Source: Candidatus Babeliales bacterium
Lineage (GTDB): Bacteria; Babelota; Babeliae; Babelales; JANWKD01
DNA: 64,000 nucleotides
Reading direction: 5' to 3'
Assembly: GCA_963722075.1 (NCBI GenBank)
Contig: CAVRJM010000001.1
Location: 704,001 to 768,000, forward strand
Each line of letters starts with the position of its first letter. Position 1 is the stretch's first letter. The notes under the pieces were generated by a model. The model did not search any database. It was given only the letters and a program-made list of their open reading frames with translations, and was not told where the DNA came from. A program made the position numbers and the translations under genes. Shown in pieces: positions 10,335 through 20,262 of this stretch.

Positions 10335-10436
10335 ATTTTAACAATAACCCTTTGTGGCCAGCTTTTTCATAATGTAATAAATTATGATAAGCTTAGTGTT
10401 AAGTTAACCTAACTTAAGCCAAATTATACTACATCA

Positions 10437-10538
10437 GTCATTCTGAGATCTTGCCTGTGCAAGATCGTAAGAATCCAGTTATAAAAATAATGACTTTCTA
10501 TTCATTCACTGGATCCTCACGCTTCGCTCAGGATGACA
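10437..10538. repeat. Family A palindromic element, empty (no B insert)
   Basis: GTCATTCTGAG...GTAAGAATCCAG, AT-rich spacer, CTGGATCCTCACG...CTCAGGATGACA. Confidence 0.85.
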
Positions 10539-10634
10539 TTTGAATATTTTATATCGCTGGTTTAACAAGTTAATATAATGTAAAATAGAAATCGAATCAC
10601 CATAATATTATATTTCCCCCGGAACCTTATTTAT

Positions 10635-11741
10635 ATGAAAAAGAAAGCTGAAAGCTTAGAAATTTACCGCCCTAAACTGTTACTAGTTGGCATCCATGCA
10701 CCGTATAATAGCACTCCCAATATTCAGTCCTATTATGAAGAATTTGTTAATCTGGTTAAATCAGATAATTTAACCTTTGATGAAGCAATTTTTTTTAAAT
10801 TACGAGATATTGACCCGAGCACCTTTATTTCCAAAGGTAAATTAGAAGAAATTGCTGAAATATGTGAAAAATATGATATTGATGAAATTATTATTTCAGA
10901 ACCGCTTACCCCACAACAAGAACGTAATTTGCGCGACTATTTACATCGCAAAGTATTTGATCGCACACAACTTATTTTAGAAATTTTTGAAAAAAATGCT
11001 CATTCAGCCGAAGGTAAGTTGCAAGTAGAAATTGCCATGCTCCAGCACAAAAAATCACGCTTGGCAGGCAAAGGAATCTCATTATCGCAGCAACGCGGTC
11101 GTGGCGTTATTGGAGGCGCTGGTGAAACGGGCAAAGAACGGGAACGTCGCCATATTGAAGAAGAGATTTTAAAACTAAAAAGAGAACTGAAACAACTGGA
11201 AAAAACAAAAGAAACGCAACGCAAGCAACGATTACAAAGTAAAGTTCCATTGCTTTGCTTAATTGGTTATACAAATGCTGGTAAATCAACCATTCTTAAT
11301 GCGCTCACCAAAAGCAATGTACTCGCTGAAGATAAATTATTTGCCACCCTTGATACTACCACCCGTCAACTTTTTATTGATGATCTCAAAGTTGGTACCC
11401 TCTCTGATACCGTAGGATTTATACAACTATTACCACATAATTTAATTGAAGCATTTAAATCGACGCTATCAGAACTTAATTACGCTGATCTGTTATTACA
11501 TGTCATCGATGTTTCTGATCGCAATTGGCAAAACCATATTCATGTTGTACATCATATTATTGAAGATTTAGGCATAGAAAAACCAATGCTCTATGTCTTT
11601 AATAAGGCAGATGCTGCGCAAATTACTCCCGCATTAACTGATTTGATAGAAAGCTTTAATCCTCACGTGCTTATAAGCGCTACCTCAAAAGAAGGAATTC
11701 AGCCCTTGAAAGACTTTTTAATTACCTGGAAATCGGATTAG
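10635..11741 (+). CDS. hflX: Ribosome-splitting GTPase HflX
   Basis: GYTNAGKST, LFATLDTT, DTVGFI and NKAD motifs. Confidence 0.97.
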   Translation: MKKKAESLEIYRPKLLLVGIHAPYNSTPNIQSYYEEFVNLVKSDNLTFDEAIFFKLRDIDPSTFISKGKLEEIAEICEKYDIDEIIISEPLTPQQERNLRDYLHRKVFDRTQLILEIFEKNAHSAEGKLQVEIAMLQHKKSRLAGKGISLSQQRGRGVIGGAGETGKERERRHIEEEILKLKRELKQLEKTKETQRKQRLQSKVPLLCLIGYTNAGKSTILNALTKSNVLAEDKLFATLDTTTRQLFIDDLKVGTLSDTVGFIQLLPHNLIEAFKSTLSELNYADLLLHVIDVSDRNWQNHIHVVHHIIEDLGIEKPMLYVFNKADAAQITPALTDLIESFNPHVLISATSKEGIQPLKDFLITWKSD

Positions 11742-11756
11742 TTTTTTATTAATGGA

Positions 11757-11829
11757 TCCGCCTACGTTAAAACTACGGCGGACACAGTCCCCCACACCTC
11801 TGTCCCGGCATAGCTTTAGCGACGACGGA
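11757..11829. repeat. Two family B hairpin units in inverted orientation; the first is the uninterrupted 26-nt form
   Basis: TCCGCCTACGTTAAAACTACGGCGGA (11757-11782) and TGTCCCGGCATAGCTTTAGCGACGACGGA (11801-11829). Confidence 0.8.
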
Positions 11830-11945
11830 TTCGTTCGGGACAAGAAGGAAAATTAAATAAATAACATAAGACTCTTTAAACTTTCATCAAAATATACTAT
11901 TGTTTGGTAAGTTGTAAAAAAAACACTTTTTTACTTAGGAGTCGT

Positions 11946-12947
11946 ATGAATAAATTAACAACTAGCTTACTCGTTGTAGCTTCACTCAATTTTTGCGCAC
12001 AAGCAATGGAACAGCAGCAACAAGTACAAACCATAACCCTTATGACAGAAACACCAAAATTATCTAAGAATCAAAAGAATAAATTTGAAAAAAAGTCACC
12101 ACAAGAGCTCGGCACTAGTTTTATGAATTTATCAGATCAATTAGCCAAGGCACACAAAAACGCTGTTGATGTAGCAAAAGATCCTCGCAGGTCCCAAAGA
12201 GCTGAGATTTGGAATCTTTTAAAAATTAAAGTTGGTAAGGATAAAGCACGAGAATATGCATATGGATACGCCGATGATTTTAGCGATGAAGAAAAAGACT
12301 TTGAGCAAATAGATAAGGATGATTATTCATGGAAACGCTTTTATGAAAACTCAAAGCGTAAAACCGATACGGTTATTTCTGGAATTGGCACCAAAAAAGA
12401 AGTTGCTGAAACTAGTATAATTGCTGCTCAACAACGAGAAAAAGTAATTGAAGAAAAAACACGAAATGTAAAAGAACAAAATGATGCAGCAATAAAAATT
12501 CTTAACGCTAAAATTGAAGAACTTGAATTATTAAGCAAAAAACATGAAGATGTCGCGGAAAAAGAATTAGAAGAAATTGCTCATGAAGTAGGAGTTTTAC
12601 AATCTTCAGTTGAGAAATATACCAAAGCAATTGTTCACCACACCAATACAAAGAAGCAGAATGAGGCAGTATTGATGAAAGTGAAAGAAGAACGCACAAA
12701 AGAATTAGAAGAACTAGATAAAACTATTGAGCAATTTAATGGCGAGCTAGAAGCGTTATTACTTAATAATCAGCAGTCAAATTATGCAAAAATTAAAACC
12801 GATCTTGAAGGTTCCAAACAAAAAGCAGTTCAACGAAAAAAAGATTTGCATGCAGAATTGGATGATATTAATTACCGTTTACCAAAAATTAATGAACCCG
12901 GTTCAAAAACACGTTATTTAACAGGCTGGTTTTATTCAACAAAATAA
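11946..12947 (+). CDS. Secreted coiled-coil protein
   Basis: ATG 11946 follows AGGAG; signal ...CAQA|MEQ; long K/E-rich helical region. Confidence 0.75.
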   Translation: MNKLTTSLLVVASLNFCAQAMEQQQQVQTITLMTETPKLSKNQKNKFEKKSPQELGTSFMNLSDQLAKAHKNAVDVAKDPRRSQRAEIWNLLKIKVGKDKAREYAYGYADDFSDEEKDFEQIDKDDYSWKRFYENSKRKTDTVISGIGTKKEVAETSIIAAQQREKVIEEKTRNVKEQNDAAIKILNAKIEELELLSKKHEDVAEKELEEIAHEVGVLQSSVEKYTKAIVHHTNTKKQNEAVLMKVKEERTKELEELDKTIEQFNGELEALLLNNQQSNYAKIKTDLEGSKQKAVQRKKDLHAELDDINYRLPKINEPGSKTRYLTGWFYSTK

Positions 12948-12968
12948 ATTCATAATCAACTTATTAAT

Positions 12969-13002
12969 AAAAAAGGCACATGCACAAACGTGTGCCTTTT
13001 TT
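12969..13002. terminator. Rho-independent terminator
   Basis: AAAAAAGGCACA-loop-TGTGCCTTTTTT. Confidence 0.75.
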
Positions 13003-13074
13003 ATTGCCTAAATTTTTAACATCTCGTACACTTAAAAAAGTTTTCATATAATCATTTATAATTTTCATCTTCTT

Positions 13075-15327
13075 ATGCAACAAAATTTCAACGAATTCTT
13101 AAATCAACAACTGAATGCGCAACAACAACAAGCCGTGTTACAAAAAGATGGTGCATTATTAGTTATTGCTGGTGCTGGTTCAGGAAAAACGCGCATTATT
13201 ACCGCGCGTATTATAAATCTTATTGTTAATGAAAAATGCAATCCTGCTTCGATTGTAGCACTCACCTTCACTAATAAAGCCGCACAAGAAATGAAAGAAC
13301 GCATCACGCACTTTTTAGGCGCAGCCGCATCATCTATATTTATAGGTACCTTCCATTCATATTGCCTTTTACTATTGCGAAGCAATGCTCAGTTTCTTAA
13401 GATGCCAATTTTTACCATTTTGGATGCCGATGATCAACAGCAACTATTACAATCATTGATTAAAAGAAACGTATTACAAAAGAAAATCACTGCTAAAAAT
13501 CTTGCATACTCTATTTCATTTAAAAAAAATAATCTCAATAAAGGTGTAAATGATACGAACGCTGATGATCCGGTGATTGATCAGTTATATAAAGCATATG
13601 AAAAAGAAAAAAGAGTAAGTAAATCATTAGATTTTGATGATTTATTATTAGAAGTTTTAAATCTTTTTTCTACTCAAGAAACTTTTAAAACTATATTCCA
13701 ACAGCGCGTTCGCCATATTTTAGTAGATGAATATCAAGACACTAATACCGTACAGCATGAACTATTAAAACAAATGACCTTATCTGAAAAAAGATTAGCA
13801 GTCGATTCATTATGTGCCGTTGGCGATGAAGATCAATCAATCTATTCATGGCGCGGCGCTACCGTAGAAAATATGGTGAATTTTAAAAAAGATTTTCCTG
13901 ATACCATTACCATAAAAATTGAACAAAATTATCGCTCAGTGCAACCTATTTTAACTATTGCCAATCAAATAATACAACATAATAGTAACCGTAACGAAAA
14001 AAATTTATGGTCTGCGCGCGATGCCCAAAATAGAAGTCATACCATTACGTGCGTATCGGACTATCAAGAAGCAGACCTTATTGCGCAAGCAGTAAAAGCA
14101 TATCATCGTACTAAGAGAAAGAGTGCCATTGGCATTTTGTATAGAGCGCATTACCAATCGCGTATTATTGAAGAAACATTATTAAAAAATGGTATTGCCT
14201 ACACCATTATTGGCGGTATTCAATTCTATGAACGTAAAGAAATTAAAGATCTTTTAGCCTATTTAAAATTAATTGCTAATCCTTTTGATCGGGTCTCATT
14301 TTTTCGCGTTATTAATATACCGGCACGCGGCCTAGGTGAAAAGTTTGAAGAAGATGTACAAAAAATATGGAATACGCAACCTCTTTATGCATTTAATGAC
14401 GTACTTAATCATCTGATTGCAACCGGACAGGTGAGCGGAAAAAAAGCCGGACAAGTAAAAAAGTTTATTTCCTTACTAGCGCACATAGCGCATGATCATA
14501 AGCCAAGTAGTACCCTTACTCATGTTATCTATGAGACTGATTATTATGCCTATTTAAAAGAGCAATTTGAGCCAAAAGAAGCTGAGTCTCGTATCGATAA
14601 CGTTAAAGAATTATTACGTGCAGCAAAACATTTTGAAGATCAATCAATTAAATCAACCACACTCGATTTTTTACACGAAATTGCCTTAATGCAGGAAAAG
14701 ATAAAGGAGCATACTGATAATGAAGAACAGCTATTCCTGATGACCTTGCATAGCGCAAAAGGGTTAGAATTTGATTTTGTATTGTTGGCCGGATTAGAAG
14801 AAGGTATTTTCCCTTCTAACCATTCCTTATACAATCCTGAAGCAATTGAAGAAGAGCGACGCCTTTTATATGTAGGGATTACCCGAGCAAAAGAATATCT
14901 GGTAATCACTCATGCCCGTTATCGCTATAGCTTTGGTTCAATGTCTGATCAACGCGCTTCACGATTTTTATCAGAAGTTCCTGAACAATTATCAAAAAAG
15001 GTGGAAGTTTCTCGATCAAGCCAATTAGAACAGTATCAATTATTTGATCGTTGGTTTAATAATAAAACAGAAGCGGTGCGCCCTGCCATTATTACCTTTT
15101 CAATGCCTGGTTCTACTGGGCAGAAACAATCATCAACTTCCGTTACTCAAAAAACGTCTGCTGCCACAAACCAGTCATTTAAGAAATTGCAATCAGTTAA
15201 CCATGCAAAATTCGGAGTTGGCATTATCCAAGAAGTGGAAGAAAAAAATCCTTCCACTATTTATATTACTGCCAAATTTAAATCGGGCGTCAAAAAAATC
15301 AAATCAGATTTTGTAGAACGGGTGTGA
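13075..15327 (+). CDS. pcrA: UvrD/PcrA ATP-dependent DNA helicase
   Basis: AGAGSGKT, VDEYQDTN, VGDEDQSIYSWRGA, MTLHSAKGLEF and EEERRLLYVGITRA; C-terminal Tudor-like HAKFGVG. Confidence 0.95.
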   Translation: MQQNFNEFLNQQLNAQQQQAVLQKDGALLVIAGAGSGKTRIITARIINLIVNEKCNPASIVALTFTNKAAQEMKERITHFLGAAASSIFIGTFHSYCLLLLRSNAQFLKMPIFTILDADDQQQLLQSLIKRNVLQKKITAKNLAYSISFKKNNLNKGVNDTNADDPVIDQLYKAYEKEKRVSKSLDFDDLLLEVLNLFSTQETFKTIFQQRVRHILVDEYQDTNTVQHELLKQMTLSEKRLAVDSLCAVGDEDQSIYSWRGATVENMVNFKKDFPDTITIKIEQNYRSVQPILTIANQIIQHNSNRNEKNLWSARDAQNRSHTITCVSDYQEADLIAQAVKAYHRTKRKSAIGILYRAHYQSRIIEETLLKNGIAYTIIGGIQFYERKEIKDLLAYLKLIANPFDRVSFFRVINIPARGLGEKFEEDVQKIWNTQPLYAFNDVLNHLIATGQVSGKKAGQVKKFISLLAHIAHDHKPSSTLTHVIYETDYYAYLKEQFEPKEAESRIDNVKELLRAAKHFEDQSIKSTTLDFLHEIALMQEKIKEHTDNEEQLFLMTLHSAKGLEFDFVLLAGLEEGIFPSNHSLYNPEAIEEERRLLYVGITRAKEYLVITHARYRYSFGSMSDQRASRFLSEVPEQLSKKVEVSRSSQLEQYQLFDRWFNNKTEAVRPAIITFSMPGSTGQKQSSTSVTQKTSAATNQSFKKLQSVNHAKFGVGIIQEVEEKNPSTIYITAKFKSGVKKIKSDFVERV

Positions 15328-15329
15328 AA

Positions 15330-15827
15330 TTATTCCTTTTTCAATGGATTTTTTGGTAAAAATGCACGCAACATCCATGCCATTTTTTCATGTTTTTCAA
15401 GTACTTCAAGTAAGAAATTATTCGTTCCTAAATCATCATACTTATCTAACACCTTTGGCGCTTCATCGCGAATCAATCTAATAACGGTTTCTTGATCTTT
15501 AGCAAGCTGCTCAATCATTTGTAATGCATTTTTGCCACCACCAAAAAGTTCATCTTCAACCTTTGATAATTTTGCAAATTCTTTGAGAGAAGCTATCGCT
15601 TTACAACCAACCGAACGAACGCGCTCAGCAGTATCATCTACCATATCAAGTAGTTGCTCATATTGTTGTTCAAAAAATATATGCAACGCATGAAAATCAG
15701 CACCTTCAACATTCCAATGATAATTTAATGTTTTGGTATATAAACTATATTGATTTGCTAAGATCTTATTTAATATAGCAGCTACCTCATTGCGATTTTT
15801 TTCTGAAATTCCTATATCAACTTTCAT
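15330..15827 (-). CDS. dps: DNA starvation/stationary phase protection protein Dps
   Basis: NYHWNVEG...LH, DDTAER and HEKMAWMLRA ferroxidase motifs. Confidence 0.95.
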   Translation of the reverse strand: MKVDIGISEKNRNEVAAILNKILANQYSLYTKTLNYHWNVEGADFHALHIFFEQQYEQLLDMVDDTAERVRSVGCKAIASLKEFAKLSKVEDELFGGGKNALQMIEQLAKDQETVIRLIRDEAPKVLDKYDDLGTNNFLLEVLEKHEKMAWMLRAFLPKNPLKKE

Positions 15828-15934
15828 AGTAATCCCTCTTATTATTAATTTTGTATTTTCTACAGTATAAGTAAATTACTTTTTTAACTGCAATATTTTT
15901 ATACTACAACTAGAATCAAAAGCAGTTACCGCTG

Positions 15935-15962
15935 TTGACGCTTTTTAATAACTGAGTAGACT
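15935..15962 (+). promoter_or_regulatory. Possible sigma70 promoter for skp
   Basis: TTGACG-16 nt-TAGACT upstream of the RBS AAGGA. Confidence 0.35.
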
Positions 15963-15996
15963 TTTTCATATTACCATAAACATAAGAAAGGAATTT

Positions 15997-16638
15997 ATGA
16001 AAAAAATCAGCGTTTTATTAATAACCTCGGGCATGTTAACTGCATATGCAGATTTAAAAATGGATACTCCTCGCGTACCAGCAGGCCCTAGCGTTATTGC
16101 AAAAGATTCAACAAAATCTGTTCCTGAAACCGTAAAAATCCGTTATATCGATCCCTATAAAATTGTCCCTAATTTAGAACAATGGAAAGATGAACGTAAT
16201 ATCGTTCAAGCTGATTTAGATGCTCGCGCTAAACAAATTGAAGAATTACGTACCCTATACACCACTAAGACAAATGAAATTCAAAGCATGGGCTCAATGG
16301 CCAAAGATAAGGCTAAAGAAAGTGCTATAGAAGAACTCAGGCAATTAGAAACAAGTATTCAAATTAAACAACAAACATTCCAAGAACATGCTGAACGCGC
16401 TGGTCAAGAAGCACAAATGAAGATTTTTAAAGAAATAGAAACAGTAGCTAAAGAATATGCACAAGAAAATAATATTGATTTTATCTTTGCCGGTGGCGCT
16501 ATTTACGTAGCTGATGCTTATGATATTAGCGATGAAATTGCTCAGCGCATGAATAAGAAGTATCTAGCACAAAGAAAGACACCTGCAGTAACACCAAAGT
16601 TTGAATTACCTAAATCTGCTGGACCGCAGTTGAAATAA
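15997..16638 (+). CDS. skp: OmpH/Skp periplasmic chaperone
   Basis: Signal peptide, KIRYID, long coiled coil, AKEYAQENNIDFIF...DISDEI. Confidence 0.8.
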   Translation: MKKISVLLITSGMLTAYADLKMDTPRVPAGPSVIAKDSTKSVPETVKIRYIDPYKIVPNLEQWKDERNIVQADLDARAKQIEELRTLYTTKTNEIQSMGSMAKDKAKESAIEELRQLETSIQIKQQTFQEHAERAGQEAQMKIFKEIETVAKEYAQENNIDFIFAGGAIYVADAYDISDEIAQRMNKKYLAQRKTPAVTPKFELPKSAGPQLK

Positions 16639-16648
16639 AACTATAATA

Positions 16649-16846
16649 CTGGATCCTCACGTTCCGTCTCCGTTAATCCAGCCGTCGCTAAAAGCTATGG
16701 CGGAGTAAACAACTCCGCCGGACACGCGCTTGCTATTACGGAATCCGTCGTAGCCTTGACGAAGTCGGACGCGCGCTCCTCAGGATGACATAGTCTGCGT
16801 TGTAAGTTGAGGTTGAATGTCATTCCGAGTTTACGTGGGAATCCAT
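16649..16846. repeat. Family A arms (tail to tail) with 110-nt family B composite at 16663-16772
   Basis: CTGGATCCTCACG[B]GCGCTCCTCAGGATGACA, then TGTCATTCCGAG...GGAATCCAT. Confidence 0.85.
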
Positions 16847-16868
16847 TAATAAAATAAAAAGTCCTACA

Positions 16869-17402
16869 ATGAATCAACCAATCTCCCTCAAATCGATCAA
16901 AGCAATTATCGGGCTAGGCAATCCTGGCCCTAAATTCTATTACAATCGCCATAATATTGGGTTTCGCGTGGTAGAAGAATTAGCTAAACGGTATAACGGT
17001 GCTTTTAAGAAGAACGATCAAATGGAACTAGCACAAATTACCATTCATGATAAACCGTATATACTCATCATGCCGCAAACATTTATGAATTCATCGGGGA
17101 ACGTATTACCCTATTTAACCAAAAAAGGAATTGCTGCCAATGAAATCTTAGTAATTCATGATGAATTGGAGCTTCCTTTTAACAAGCTAAAATTGAAATA
17201 TGGCGGTAGTGCCAAGGGGCATAATGGCTTGAAATCTATTATTTCACGAATTGGATCTGATTTTTATCGATTGGCAATTGGTATTGATAGACCTGATAAC
17301 CGAGAAGACGTACCTGATTATGTTTTAACTAATTTTCAGGATGCCCGTGCAGTTGATGATGTTATAAATCAGGCAGTTGATATCATTGAAAAAAATAGCT
17401 GA
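16869..17402 (+). CDS. pth: Peptidyl-tRNA hydrolase
   Basis: GLGNPG, RHNIGF, FMNSSG, HDELE and GHNGLKS motifs. Confidence 0.97.
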   Translation: MNQPISLKSIKAIIGLGNPGPKFYYNRHNIGFRVVEELAKRYNGAFKKNDQMELAQITIHDKPYILIMPQTFMNSSGNVLPYLTKKGIAANEILVIHDELELPFNKLKLKYGGSAKGHNGLKSIISRIGSDFYRLAIGIDRPDNREDVPDYVLTNFQDARAVDDVINQAVDIIEKNS

Positions 17403-17412
17403 AAATTAATCA

Positions 17413-17712
17413 TTAATACTGATCAAATAACATAGAAACCACACCAGCAATACCATATAATACAGATATATATGCTATTGTATAACAATTTTCATTGAAA
17501 AATTCTTTAAATTCTTGCGATCGGGTTTTAGGAATAAGTTGAATTGCTTCTGGATCATAATTTTGAATCCATTCTTGTCGCATACGCTGATTAAATTCCA
17601 AAAGTTGCCCCGTTTCTTTTGCTGATTTCTTAATAAATCCTTCCTGCTTTTTTTGCATTGAAGACAACGGCAATACACATAATAAAAACATTATTAAATA
17701 ATATTTGCTCAT
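17413..17712 (-). CDS. Small secreted protein with C-terminal TM (tandem family 1, divergent member)
   Basis: Signal ...PLSS|MQ, NYDPEA, hydrophobic tail. Confidence 0.65.
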   Translation of the reverse strand: MSKYYLIMFLLCVLPLSSMQKKQEGFIKKSAKETGQLLEFNQRMRQEWIQNYDPEAIQLIPKTRSQEFKEFFNENCYTIAYISVLYGIAGVVSMLFDQY

Positions 17713-17743
17713 ATTTTTAATTCCTTAGCTGAATAATTTACTT

Positions 17744-18085
17744 TTAAGATTGCAGGTATTCAAGTACCATTAACCCTACTCCTGCTGCAATGCCACCACT
17801 AATACCGCTGGTCAGGAAAACAGCAAAATAGAAACAACATGGATTTTTCATTATTGCATTACCTCCATTAATAATAAAATTTTTGCCAATTGAAGCTTTT
17901 TTTTGCACAGGACGATGATAATGGGCTTCTTCGGTATCATAATTAGGGCTATCGATTGCATATGCTCTTCGCTCTCGGATATAGTTTATCAAAATCTCTT
18001 CATTAGATAATTGTTCTTTGCCAATTTCCATTGAATACAATGGAACTATGGATAATAAAGTCATGAGCAAATAACATGCACGCAT
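17744..18085 (-). CDS. Small secreted protein with C-terminal TM (tandem family 1)
   Basis: ATG 18085 follows AAGGAG; ...PLYS|ME, NYDTEEA, GNAIMKNPC, SGGI, ends YLQS. Confidence 0.7.
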   Translation of the reverse strand: MRACYLLMTLLSIVPLYSMEIGKEQLSNEEILINYIRERRAYAIDSPNYDTEEAHYHRPVQKKASIGKNFIINGGNAIMKNPCCFYFAVFLTSGISGGIAAGVGLMVLEYLQS

Positions 18086-18114
18086 AGTTTCACTCCTTAA
18101 TTCTTTAAAAATTT

Positions 18115-18465
18115 TTAAGATTGTAAATATTGAAGTATCAATGAAGTTATTGTATACGATATAAGGGCTGAAATACCGCCACTTATACTTCCTATTGCCC
18201 CCAGAATACAAAGATTGCGACAGGGATTTTTTATTATTGCATTACCTTCTTTAATAATATGTTTCTTACACCATGGTTCATTTCTTAGTGCAGTATAATG
18301 GAACGTGGCTTCCTCAACATCATAATTACTGCTATTACTTACAAAGGCTTTATGAGTTCGGATATATTTTCTTATTGGCTCTTGATCATACTCCATCGAA
18401 AGTAAATTCCCAACAATAGGAATAACACAACCTAATAATAGTAAAATGCAATATAGCTTTTTCAT
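18115..18465 (-). CDS. Small secreted protein with C-terminal TM (tandem family 1)
   Basis: ...NLLS|ME, NYDVEEA, GNAIIKNPC, SGGI, ends YLQS; clear paralog of its neighbour. Confidence 0.7.
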   Translation of the reverse strand: MKKLYCILLLLGCVIPIVGNLLSMEYDQEPIRKYIRTHKAFVSNSSNYDVEEATFHYTALRNEPWCKKHIIKEGNAIIKNPCRNLCILGAIGSISGGISALISYTITSLILQYLQS

Positions 18466-18477
18466 AATATTAACTCT

Positions 18478-19362
18478 CTAATCTTTTAATAATTTCATTA
18501 TCTGTTTAAACTGTTCTTTTTTTTCAGCGTTATTTTTGTTTATTTTTTTCTGTTTACGTGCCGTTTCATACGCATCTTTACTATTTGCACCCTTACTCAA
18601 TAATAGTTGCACCACCGTAATCTGCCCTGCAAACACAGCGCTCATCAAAGCAGTAGGCCCTTGCTCAATTTTTCCATGTGGCCACATAGAGCGCTTACCG
18701 CGTTCATCAATACCGGCACCATGTCGTAAAAGCAAATCTACAATCAATGAAAAACCTTTTGAAGCAGCTTCTTGTAAATGTCTAAAGTCATCATATTCAT
18801 TATCAATTGTAACTGGGGCGCCTGCGTTTAATAATAATTCTACTATTGTTACATTCCCCTTCATTGCTGCACATGTAAGCGGGTTATTAGTAAATCCGCC
18901 ATATTGTCGTATATCATGAACTGGACCTTCATCGGTAAAGTATTTTTCAAAATTAGGATTTTGCGTAAGAAAGTAGGCAACCACTGGCGTTTGACCCGTT
19001 TGAATCGCATAATTAAGAGCAGGTCTGCCAAAAAAATCTTTTTGATAGAGGTCAGCCCCTTGTTCTACTAACAATTTAATCGCTTCTAATCGACCTTTAT
19101 CGGCGGCATACATGAGTGCAGTACGATCTTTATATTTCTGATTAACGTCAATTTTATGACCAAGCAATACTTCTATAAAATCAACCTCTCCCTTTTTTGC
19201 TGCTTTATGAATGAGCGGCAATTTTTTTTTGCCTACTCGTACATCCTTTAGATTATTGGTATCAAAGCTAGATTCTTGCAGTTCTTTTTTTACCTGTTTA
19301 TATGAATGCATAGCAAAACTAACATAAGGAATTGTGCATGCAAGTAATAATTTTTTTATCAT
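18478..19362 (-). CDS. Secreted ankyrin-repeat protein
   Basis: About six repeats such as TALMYAADKG...LLVEQGAD and TALMSAVFAG...LLLSKGAN. Confidence 0.9.
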   Translation of the reverse strand: MIKKLLLACTIPYVSFAMHSYKQVKKELQESSFDTNNLKDVRVGKKKLPLIHKAAKKGEVDFIEVLLGHKIDVNQKYKDRTALMYAADKGRLEAIKLLVEQGADLYQKDFFGRPALNYAIQTGQTPVVAYFLTQNPNFEKYFTDEGPVHDIRQYGGFTNNPLTCAAMKGNVTIVELLLNAGAPVTIDNEYDDFRHLQEAASKGFSLIVDLLLRHGAGIDERGKRSMWPHGKIEQGPTALMSAVFAGQITVVQLLLSKGANSKDAYETARKQKKINKNNAEKKEQFKQIMKLLKD

Positions 19363-19382
19363 TACCACTCCCTTTTTAATAA

Positions 19383-20105
19383 CTATTTATTATTTTTTTC
19401 GTGCTCTATAAATTTTTCCAGATCGTGGATTAACATTTCAACATTATCGGTAGGATATTTTTTATTTATTTCTTTTAAAAATTCAAGCTTCTGTTGATGA
19501 GTTTCATTACAGCGACCTTTAGTATTAATGAGTGCTTCGCTTGCCATATGAGTAAGAATTTGAATTATCTGCGCAAATTCAGCTTGATTAGTACTATGTA
19601 AATTCTTCATATAAGCATCAAATTCATTAACATTTTCATGGTGCCCAAATACATCAGCACATATTTCATAATTTTTATTAACAAAACATTCCTTATTGTG
19701 ACAATCTAATTTTTCTTTAATTTTTATTAAGCTATCATAAGATTCTTTGGAAATAGTATCTTTATATGCATCTAAAATATAGGTCTCATCAACATTATAG
19801 AGAGTTGCTCGATTAACATGAGCTCCTGCAGCAAATTCCATAAATAAAGCATATTTTATATCACCCGGATTTGTTACATTATTTTTTGTTTCTTCTTTAA
19901 ATGCTTTTTTAAGCTTCTTTAATTTCTTGCACCCATCTTCATTGTTGTTTTGATAACATTCTTTAGATTGTTCGCCCATCTGCTCATAAAAATATCCTAA
20001 TCGCACAATAAATTCTCTTGTGGGGTTTTTATCTTCAGCATGGGCTGTATTAAAGCCGATTAAAAAACTGAACGCTAAACTATATATGAGTGATTTTTTT
20101 TGCAT
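19383..20105 (-). CDS. Hypothetical secreted protein
   Basis: Signal peptide ...NTAHA|ED; RBS AGGAG. Confidence 0.7.
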   Translation of the reverse strand: MQKKSLIYSLAFSFLIGFNTAHAEDKNPTREFIVRLGYFYEQMGEQSKECYQNNNEDGCKKLKKLKKAFKEETKNNVTNPGDIKYALFMEFAAGAHVNRATLYNVDETYILDAYKDTISKESYDSLIKIKEKLDCHNKECFVNKNYEICADVFGHHENVNEFDAYMKNLHSTNQAEFAQIIQILTHMASEALINTKGRCNETHQQKLEFLKEINKKYPTDNVEMLIHDLEKFIEHEKNNK

Positions 20106-20262
20106 AAAAGCTCCTTAGGAAAATTAACTATAAATCCATTCAAGTATAAGCATTTTTAATAGCTACTCAACTAATGTTTCTTATTAAAAAGACTCTTTTT
20201 TCTTTAACTACTAATTATGATAAAATTATCATTATAACATCCCCACATTTTCTGGAGCATTC

